This document shows positions 47,397 to 61,195 of a stretch of DNA of 64,000 nt, in pieces (position 1 is the first letter of the stretch; each line of letters opens with the position of its first letter). A program made the translations under genes and the position numbers. Origin of the DNA: Kondoa subrosea (taxonomy: Eukaryota); the NCBI GenBank assembly GCA_039545335.1, contig BCIN01000009.1, positions 310,001 through 374,000 of the forward strand. The letters are read 5' to 3'. Below the pieces are notes generated by a model. That model had not been told where the DNA came from and did not search any database. It saw nothing but the letters and a program-made list of their open reading frames with translations.

Positions 47397-47924
47397 AAGG
47401 GTTGAGCAGTCTCTATGGCAGACTTTAGTAGTCGCAAGTGAGTTTCGGTCGCAAGTATTCTGCGGCAGACCAGGTGAGCTTTACACTGATTTCCTTTTGA
47501 AAGCAATTGCTGACGTTCGAGCTCACAGAACTGTGGTTATATTGCCTGAAGTAAATCTCTTCAGCTTAGTCTCTTGGTATTATCAGTAAGGACATTGTTC
47601 TTGGATCTCGGCGTCAGCTGATCCTCGGGAACTGTCTCTTACAGCCACTATCCGGCATGGCACAAAGCCAGTTGTGTATCACTTACGCCGTTAGTACCAT
47701 CGGTCTATCAGGAGGAAGTAGCAAGCTATCTGTATCAGGCTGATCTTGTACAATTCCGTCTACAGTTGCTCAGCATCGTGTAATATTTAGTAGCAGAATC
47801 ATCCTGCGTCGTTGTAGACCGCCAGAGGCGTATTGTAATGCATAGGTGCTTATATCACATGTTTCGCTCATCACATCTCTCCTCTGCGATCAACATCTCT
47901 CTCTCTTGTTCTGCGATCCTTTTC

Positions 47925-49106
47925 TCATGCGAATAACCTACTGAACGGCATCTCTTTCGTTGGCTGAAGCCTGCTGTACACATAAGCTTGGGTTGGAGAT
48001 CTTTGAACACATATGCCCCACCAATTCTTTTCATCGTATCTTGTGCTCGCCTCGATCATGTGGACTATTCAATCATCAACAACTAATTCGCAGAGGTGAT
48101 TGTAAGCTCACAAGTATAGATGAATCTTGACTTGTCGCTGTGATTCTGCTCGCTCTGCTTGTGATGTCAGCCTTATTCCAAGCAGAGCACAAGTCAAACT
48201 CACTCGATGAATGACCGCTCCATTGATGATCACCAAACTTCCAGCTTCGCATTCTTCCACTCTCCAATCCCCTTCTTGATCCCAATCTATCTCAGGCTGG
48301 TGAACAGTTTCGACCTTTTCAAAGCCCGTTCCACCTCCTTCTAACCTTACAAATCGTTTAGCTATCTTGTTCCTCTTGTGACTTGTACGGGCGAAAGAGA
48401 GACATCCATTCGATTTAGTACAGTCTTCTAGAGCGAACCAGAAGCCAATTGCTGAAGGTGGATTGGTGTAAAGGAATCTAATGCAAATCTGTCTGTAAGA
48501 GTTTGACTCGAATAGAGGAAGATTATACGTACGTTGAATCATCATGTACAGGCACTTTTCCTCCAATACTCGGTTGTTTGCAAATGATCATAGATTGAAG
48601 CACGAGAGGATCAACATGATAACTGAGATCTCTCGCCAACGTCTTCAAATCAGGATTCTCCAAAGTGAAATCTCGATAGATTGGATTGAGTTCATGAATT
48701 GCATGACCTATTTTATTGACTGCTTGTTCTTTGGGTCGTGTTAATTGTCCTTGAGGATCAAAAGCTCCTTCTTCAAAAAAAGCTCGAATCTTGTCGCCTG
48801 AAGTGAGGAAGAAGTCATCCCCTACGTGTTTGTCGGAGTCCTGAGTACACTAATGAGTGACATGCATGGAATTGTTGTGAAGCAGAACTTGCGCCTGTTG
48901 TGAATTTGGTCAGAGAAGAGTTAGGGTCATCCACTGCAACTTGAACGAGTCTCTTGGCTTCAAGCAACAGCTCTTGAGCTTTCTCTTTGCTGAAAAAACT
49001 GGGGATGACGAGATAACCATCTTCGTAAAACTGGAGTCCGGCTTTGGATGGATCTCCTTTGATAGTGCTCTAGACTTACTTGAGCTTTCTGCTGTGCGCT
49101 TAGCAT
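47925..49106 (-). CDS. Phytanoyl-CoA dioxygenase family protein (PHYHD1-like)
   Basis: FYEDGYLV, FLTSGDKIR.FFE, NKIGHA, ICKQP.IGG.VP.HDD (HxD), GFWFALED...NGCL. Confidence 0.92.
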
Positions 49107-49544
49107 CTGTATTGATTGATGCCGAATTTCAGCCACTTGGCACCTTCGAAGTTCGGGGATGATCGACATTTTGTTATTTGCCTTCAAGCACTTGGAAAGC
49201 CCAGAAGTAGGCTGGATACCCACAGTAGATACAGATATACCTCTATTCCTATCTATAGCTTCTGCGGATCTCTATTTGGTTTCTCCGAGCTAAACAAAAT
49301 CGTCTGCCAAGTCTCTGGACAGCATTGCCTTTTCGCTGCGCACAAAGCGATCCTTGAACAGAAACTTCTACTTCACAGTCATCGACTTGCTTTGTCACCC
49401 TTGCTACTAGGCTAGACTCCTTCTACCGTTCTTTTTCTGCAAGAATTGCCCTTTCCAGCCCTTTCTCAACTTAGTCATCGAGCCACGCCTCTTTGGTCGG
49501 CTTTTACACATTCTCTGCTTGAACATCAGTAACACACCAACACA

Positions 49545-51515
49545 ATGATCAATCCACTCCTTTTGGCATTACTCTGTACAAGTGCGGCGAGTGCTTTAGA
49601 TGTCATACCGCCAACAGGTACTTCTTATGTCGGTGTATGGTCAGTCTCCATCTTCGGTTGATAAAGAAGTGTAGTAGCTGAGTAGACTGCCGATCAGGCC
49701 GGATTTGAGTACTGGCGATACTCCTGCTGCTTTCAATCGAAGACTTGGATTTGATGCACCTTTGTTTCAACTTGGTCAATCGATACCTCTGCCAGCGTAT
49801 AATTACGTTACAGGAGCAGTGAGTTTTCTTCTCTCCTTGAATACAGTTTGCTTGTTCTGATCGTGTGCATTTAGGGCGGAGAAGCTCTCTTTACAACAGT
49901 CGACGCTAGTAATACAGACGCAGGCTATTACCTTACAGTCTATCCTGATTCGGGTCTTAACCTGGTCACGGATGCCGATATCGTTTCACTAGCAACCCAA
50001 ATCTTATCATATCAAACAAAAGGCCGAACCGTTTTTCTTAGATGGGCACCAGAAATGAATGGGATATGGAACTCAGGATGGGGTTTGCAACCGACTTTAT
50101 ACAAGTCAATGTGGATCAGGATGTATACGATTATCAAGCAAATCGCACCGGAAACGTATGTCTTTAATCGTGACAATTTAATTGCTCGCTCATCCACCAT
50201 CTAGAATTATCGTCTGGTCGCCGAACTCTAGTTATGGATATCCTTCTGGAGCAACTTTGGACAATGTAGTAGCGGCGGAAGATAAGCTAGCGCTAGATAC
50301 GAATGGGGATGGAGTACTATCAGGAGCAGATGTGAGCTCTATCCCAACCATTCCCGAAAAGCAAGTTGAATCAACCAACAGGACGCCTATAGTCCTTACT
50401 TCCCTGGTACACAATACGTCGACTGGGCAGGTGTATCACTGTAAGTAACAGAAGGGTCTTTGCATTATCATATGCTTAATGCCCTCCTGTAACTACAGAT
50501 ATTACAAAGGTCCAGGGTTCCAGAATCTTAATCAAGCACAACCCGGCGGCTACTGTGCAAATCTTTTGGTTGGCAATGATCCATTCTACGCGGCAACTTA
50601 TACACCTTTCTACGCTACTTATTGTGGAAGTGACAGACCATGCATGATCTCAGAATCGGTATGCCTCTTTCTTCTCGTGTTTTGTTTTTGGACTTATTCT
50701 ATTTTTATTAGGGAGCTGCATATCATGTTAATGTGATTGGTGGAGCATCACAACTTGATTTACAAAGAGCATGGTGGCAGGAGTATGTTCCCTTGTCTCT
50801 TCCATCGGACGTCTTGAGCTAATTGTATATGCAGTTGCATCACCAATACTACTTTCCATGCTCTGTTCCCTGATATGAGAGCAATTTTCATGTTTGAGCA
50901 TGCAAAGGTCGGCCTTGATCTGATCAACATTTATCGTCGTGCTCATTATTGCTCGAATCAGATTGAATACGATGGAGGAGTTGCTGATCTTCGCGATTTT
51001 CGAATCACCAACGACACTACTATCGCAGCTGCTTTCGCTGCTGATCTAGCAACAATGAACAGCTCTTTCACATGGTCAGTCTATATCATGTCTAATCTAT
51101 TTGTGGTCAAAGCTGATTAGGCGATATAGGGCTACTGATCTGGCGCCGCTGGTACAAGTAGCTACTACAGCTCCAGCATCACCAGGTAAGTTCGTCTAGG
51201 TGAGATACAGAATTTTCACGCTAAATGACTATTTCAGTGCCGACTGCGACTACAACGATGACAACCATTATATCGAGCTTAATAGAAGAAGTCACCTATA
51301 CCTACACTGGATTCTCTACACCACTAGTAGATGGAGAAGTTTCTGAACCAACAGCGACAAACCTTGTACCCTCGTCAGGCGGAGTAGCAGCTGCAACCCT
51401 CTTACCTGGTCCGGCAAGTATACCAGGAGCTATTCAGGCAGCTAGGATGTCTTCTGCTTCTTCGATATCAGCAACAGGATTGGTGTTGCTGCTTGTAGTT
51501 TTGGCTGTATTATGA
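49545..51515 (+). CDS. GH26-like glycoside hydrolase, secreted, probable GPI anchor
   Basis: Signal peptide; FLRWAPEMNG, VWSPN, YFPG..YVDWAG, MISES; S/T-rich stalk and hydrophobic C-terminal tail. Confidence 0.82.
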
Positions 51516-51690
51516 ATGTGAAGAAGAAAAAGGGTCATCTGAAAGAACGCGGACAATTCTTTTGATATTTCATAGGTGTAGATAGTGCATCATTCGTTCT
51601 GTTATGCATTTAGCATTGTTTATGACTCGCTTTGCATGGAGTTTTTATATATTGTCTCTCCGCGTAAAACGATCGAGTCGTGACTCGTGA

Positions 51691-55656
<3,966 letters not shown>

Positions 55657-55726
55657 AGGAAGCGTAATAAATAATGATCAAATGCATGAAATTTTATAGT
55701 TCACAGCCAAGATCGTAGAAGGTCCC

Positions 55727-55738
55727 AAAAAAAAAAAA
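55727..55738 (-). terminator. Pol III terminator (T12) downstream of the tRNA
   Basis: Twelve A on the plus strand, separated by 2 nt from the discriminator base. Confidence 0.8.
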
Positions 55739-55740
55739 CT

Positions 55741-55869
55741 AGATCTCAGCGATGGTCGAAATCGCGATCTTCAGCTCTCTCAGGCCGGAAACTGACTGCT
55801 ATGCAACTCAACTGATGTCACACAAGGCGCGGACATCCACGTACCGCCGTACCACTTGGCCATGAGACC
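55741..55869 (-). tRNA. tRNA-Arg(CCG) interrupted by a 49-nt GT-AG intron (55844-55796) and an 8-nt 37/38 intron (55784-55777)
   Basis: Spliced sequence: GGTCTCA TG GCCAAGTGGTACGGC G TCAGT TTCCGGA GCTGA AGATC GCGAT TTCGACC ATCGC TGAGATC T. All four stems pair; A-box TGGCCAAGTGG. Confidence 0.85.
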
Positions 55870-56347
55870 GATTTGCCACAGAAACGTCTGGCGAGACGTC
55901 ATGTCATATATAAAACTTGTAGCCAAATTTTGTAAGACAAATTAACAGCTTGAGCTCTGGGCGCCAGACTGGGTGCGCCAAAAGGGCGCGGTGATGGGCG
56001 CGGAGCGAGGGTTACTCTTGTATAGTAACAGTCGGCTGCAGCTGACTGTGAAGCTTATTGAGAACCTCATATCATCATTTCATCGTTGTGCAATGCGGAT
56101 TGGACTGTGAGAGCTGCAGTAGCTAGCCTAATGCAGTGAATCAGTAACCGTTATTTCAGCGCGCATGACCTAATTTGGTTGCACCGCGGTCAGTGCGAGA
56201 TTTTTGGCGACCAATGTTTTGAAACTCAAGAGCCATTCAGCGACTCCGGAATTGTGTGGACACATACAGTCTGGATACCCTTTGATAAGGCTGCTATTGC
56301 AGACTCTGTGCTCTGCCGCATTCTTAATTCTTCGGGCGAAATCCACA

Positions 56348-59317
56348 ATGCTCGAAAATCCTATCAAGGCAATGGAGCCTCCTGCACATATGGGCTGGTA
56401 CAGATCAGAGGACAGGAGGAGGGACAGAGCGCTGGCCAGAACCTTTACGCGTCCCGGCACGTCGAGAGCACAAGATCACATTGATTCTTCGACAAATCAA
56501 GAGCGGATATGGGCTGGCTGTCCCCTGTAGACATCGGTTTGATTCACGGATACTTCTTGAAGAAGCAAGGCGTGGATTCTTTCGCTTCGAAAGATTACGA
56601 TCAAGCATTGAGCTGGTATCGGAAAGCTATCAAGAAGATCTTGGGCTCAGATCAAGCTTCGCCAGTCGGATACGAAGGCATTCAGAAGTACACGAAGCTC
56701 GACTATACCCAGACAGTGGATACAATGGCTTTGATGAACAACATAGCTCTTATTTTCGCTGGGCAAGGCAATCTCGAAGAAGCTTTGCGGTATTATATAG
56801 AAAGTGAAGTCATCTTTGAAGCTGCCGGGCATAAATCAGCAAATGCGAAAACTCACGGGTGGGCGGAAGTAAATATCACTGTTCGTCAGAGTCTTTACGA
56901 ATAAAGCCGCTTAGTGAGTGTGCATACAGGTGGTTAAAATTCCAGTCATGAGAATCAAAGCGAGACTAAGAAAGGCAAAGATCTATAACCAGCTGAACAG
57001 TGCGTTTTTGCGGCATATCTCGAACCATTTGACCGAGCCCCAAAAACAGACACGGGACAAGTATCGCAAGAACTGAGGTACTTTTTGGCTCTCTGTATCG
57101 GCTGTTACTAAATGGACCTCAATGCTCAAAGATGTGCCGTGAGCAATTCGAATCTTGGACAGAGTACCTGTGCTGAAAGCGTGTTTCCAATGGAAAGCTT
57201 CATGCTGGAAACATTTCAGGAGATCTTCAAACTTTCCCTGAGGTCTCTAAGCTCATCAATGAAGCATATAAAGCCATCAAACCTGTGTGGTCAGTCAAAC
57301 ATCCGGTTCATTAGCAAGCACCTGTAAAAGGCGATTTTCTAACTCTGGTGATATGGACGTTGGCAGTGCAGATAAGCTGCACCAGATTGTCGATTCTGAA
57401 TTCCAAGTCAGAGGCAGTTAGAAGCGCATAAGACCAGCAAATTCTATCAGAAGCCGTTTCGGACAGTGTGCATTCATATGGAGATCACGCTTATACGTCC
57501 TTGGTGGAGAAACAATCGATAAGGAAGGCGAGACAGTCCGGCTAAAGGTAATTTTCCAGACGAGAATGGTTTCCATTAGCTGATTGCTCGCCAGGATTTC
57601 TGGTATCTCGCCTTGAAAACAATGGAGTCTTGGAAACAGTTGCCTGACGCACCGTTCTTCCGCTTAAGCAATTGGCAAAGTCTGAAACGCTCAACGCGAC
57701 ACGGAGCTTTCAAGGTCTTTGTGTATCAGAATTCTGCTTATTTTTTCTCCGGCTGTAAAGACCTACTACGATTCGATCTTGATAAGCAGACTTGGACATT
57801 AGCAAAAACAACCTGTGCCACTGTTTGGCCATACCACCTGAACTTGCGCCGCGCAGCTTCTGCCATGCATAAGAACCAGCTATATGTCTTCGCAGGGAGC
57901 ACAGCCAAGATTACTCTGGGAAACAATGTCTTGATGAGATTGAATTGTGATCCTATGGTGTGGCAGCATCTTACTGGAACTCCCGAGCCTTCAGCACGAT
58001 ACGGGAAGGAACCCTCTTTACGGACAGGTAAGCTTCGCATATCGTATTTCTCACGATGCCTTACATGATATGACCTGTAACGCGCAGGCGTGGATTGATC
58101 CCCATACTGAGAGATTTTTCATCTATTCGGGAGCGGTAAGTCATATCAGGAGTAGAAGTTTTCATAATTGATGGTTATCCAGGCGATACGTATCTATGAT
58201 GATCTCTTTCCAGTGCGTTGGCTATCTATAGAGGTAAAAACCGCCTGATGTGTCTGAACAGGCTCACGAGGATTCGATGTTTCAAGACTTATGGGCGTAC
58301 GATGTGTCTACAAACGAATGGCAACAGCAGACGCTACTTGGAAATATCCCTGCTAGCAGAACAGAGTATTCTGGAACGTCAGTATACCATTGAATGATAG
58401 AAATGCTTGCGACTGATCGCCAATTCAGGTACAATCCAAAGCTCGACCTGGCCATTATTGGCGGTGGTTACAATGGTTCTCTGAAGTTGGCTATCCTCAA
58501 ATGCTGACTTGCACCGGTCTGACAACAGTTATAGTTCCGCGTACAGTGAACATACGAACATGGCATACGCCTATTCGTATTTCTCTGATTTCCCCATCTA
58601 TGAGCCTGGCACGGGAAGGTGGAAGCAAATCATGTCACCTGGATTTCCAGTTCATCGAGGTTTGCAGCGAATTCGTGCGCTTTTTCTCTACTTACGGATT
58701 CGACGTAGCCGAAGCTTCCATGGGTACTGATCCGGATACTGGCGCAATCTACTACTTGGCTGGTTACTGTAATGCTGAGTACAGTAAGCGCAATGCGAAC
58801 AAACGTGTATTGTATATCAAGTTCATCTGTGACACTCAGTCGCAAGGGAAGCGAAAGGCTACATCAAGACTTACAACGACCTCTGGCAACTAGTTATAGA
58901 TGTACCAGGCGGTGGATTGTGAGCGATTTATGCTTCAGAAGAAGATCGCGGTCTGATCAGCTCGAAACAGCGAGGAAGTAGATTTGGCTGAAGAAGCCAG
59001 AGTTGCAAAGCTAGGGACTAATTTCCGTTGCTTCAACTGCGCGGCTGTTGGGTGAGAGCCTCTTTCAATGCGTATATATGATTTGCTTATGCTCCTCCCA
59101 ATAATCAGCGAGAAAGAAAAGGTTTGCGCTCTTTTGCTCTGAGGATATCTGGAAGCTGAAATCAATTGTGCAGTTTCAAAAATGCACAGGAACTTGCGGT
59201 GGCAAGATCGTTGTTTGCAGCAGGAATTGCTTTGCGGAGTCATGGAAAGAGCACGTTAAAATACATCATTGCAAAAAAGAAATAGCATATACAAGCTACT
59301 TACGTATACCGAAGTAA
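56348..59317 (+). pseudogene. TPR + Kelch-repeat + MYND zinc-finger gene with an in-frame TAG and a probable broken splice acceptor
   Basis: TPR (KKQG..F..KDYDQALSWYRKA), Kelch repeats (RLYVLGG, LYVFAG, DLWAYD), MYND (CFNC..KCTGTC...CSRNC...WKEH...HC); FQVRGS*KR at 57419. Confidence 0.65.
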
Positions 59318-59412
59318 TAATACAGCGTCAACCATGTACACCAGAACTAAGCATTACTATCCCCTTGCCTTCAATAGAGCTGACATTGTTTGGTCTATGC
59401 TTGGTCATCAGA

Positions 59413-60072
59413 CTATTGTACAAAAGCGGAGGCGAGGTAAAGCTTACAGAGAAAGCGTCCATCAAGGTCGTTCAGACTCTTTTGAGCTCCATTTGGGCAG
59501 AGTCCATATAGCTCTTCATCATCGACAGCAAAGGGACTTGAGAGTTCAGATTCTGAGATGTAGCTGGAAGAGTTGGAATATAATGTGCGATACGAGAAAG
59601 TGCGTTGTAAGGGACGATGAAGAGGTGTGAAAGCTAGTCGTTCTGAGGCATCATAAGGTGCTGGAGTTGAAGGAGCAGGTGCATCTTTGGTCACAGAGCT
59701 GTGCACTGGCTGTTTGATGGTCTTAGAGGGTGCATAGCGACAATGACTCGAACTCACAAAGCAGTAAGGTGTAGAAGGAGGTGCACATAATCCAGCACTT
59801 TCAACAGGCGATAAACCTGGGGTTGTGCATTCGTCCATCTCAACATCAGAATCTTCTTCTTCATCGCTTGACACTACAGATGGCATCGCTTCTTTGAGAT
59901 GGTCGCTCTTATCGGACATAGTGTGAAGTGAAGTGGCAGAAGAAGGAGCCAAACTTGTGTCAGAATCAATTGACGAAGTTGTATCAATCGAAGACAGAGA
60001 GAAGAAACTGTTGTTTCTACTGCGAGTGCGCCGAGAGCTAGACAAATCAAGTGAAAAGCCGGGGTTGCGCAT
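59413..60072 (-). CDS. Ser-rich hypothetical protein, apparently intronless
   Basis: Open frame from ATG 60072 (MRNPGFSLDL) with low-complexity S/T/D composition. Confidence 0.55.
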   Translation of the reverse strand: MRNPGFSLDLSSSRRTRSRNNSFFSLSSIDTTSSIDSDTSLAPSSATSLHTMSDKSDHLKEAMPSVVSSDEEEDSDVEMDECTTPGLSPVESAGLCAPPSTPYCFVSSSHCRYAPSKTIKQPVHSSVTKDAPAPSTPAPYDASERLAFTPLHRPLQRTFSYRTLYSNSSSYISESELSSPFAVDDEELYGLCPNGAQKSLNDLDGRFLCKLYLASAFVQ

Positions 60073-61195
60073 AGCTGGAGTTTTAATTGAATCGGGAGTG
60101 CGGATTTGATCGAGGGGGTAGTCGTGTGGAAAGAAGAGGTGAAGTGAAAGTGAGCCACTCGAGAAGGCGATGAAAGGGAAATGTGAATGTGACGATTGTG
60201 TCATCCGGAATGCTGAACAGAACGCACACACCAAACATTCATTTAGTCATTTCGCTCATTATCGTAATGAGGAACACACTCAAGCAATGAGAATCACGAA
60301 GGATTGTGTTCAAGACGGTGGTTTGACTCTCGAGGCTGGTAAACTGGGCTTGCACTATGTCTGGCGTCAGCATTCCGACTAGTATTGCTCTCAGCCGAAG
60401 AGCTAGGTATAGAGCGAGTACTGTACTGCACACTTTGGAGGACGTTGAGCATTTCGAGAACAGGTAGCGGACGATTTTAAGTGGAATATAAGCAACTTGC
60501 GGAAACTTGTCTCTGATGGGCAAGTTTCAAGCTTTATTGATATTGCCGGAAGCATAATCCTGTCTTCACCAAAGACTCAAAATGCTACGGGCATAGTTGT
60601 ATGCAGACGGTGGGATTCTTCCAGTAGAGCACAAAAGACAAGCGGGAGACGAGTCATGCGGAGCCCGAACAGGAGAAGCTCGAGGATGCATAGAGCTCAA
60701 GTGACATCTGCAACAAGTGTGCTGCAGCCAAACGAGACGAGACAACATGTACCAATTTCGCGCACTGTCAACTTCGAACGAAATTCCAAAGATTGATACC
60801 AGGCAACGGCATACACAGAAAGCAATCGCGAGAGGCAACAGGAATAGAAAGAAAAGGGTCCTATAAGGCTAAGACAAGAAGCCGTCGCTGTTCGGCTATT
60901 TTGTACACATTTGGAAGGCACAGATCGGGGTCTGCGTTTTCTAACCGAGGCATGTGAGCCTTTCTCCTGCTCTATTTCTTGCTTCTTTCCAACCACGCAA
61001 CAATTTCGTATGATGCAGAATTCGGGTGGTGCATTGTTTCGACAGCGCCCTCTAGCGGTCAACACGTCAAACACCTGCGCGTGTCGGACCGCTTCTATTG
61101 TGGTCTGCATGATCTGCAAGAGACCGTGTCAGATCGTAGGTTTAATAGCCTGATCCTTTCGAGAGCTATGTCTGAAGTCTTATATCTAAAGCGAT

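Noticed and set aside
57170..57180. Apparent in-frame TGA (selenocysteine or recoding) in the Kelch gene
   Set aside because: Falls in a GTGAGC..AAG intron after a 7-nt micro-exon.
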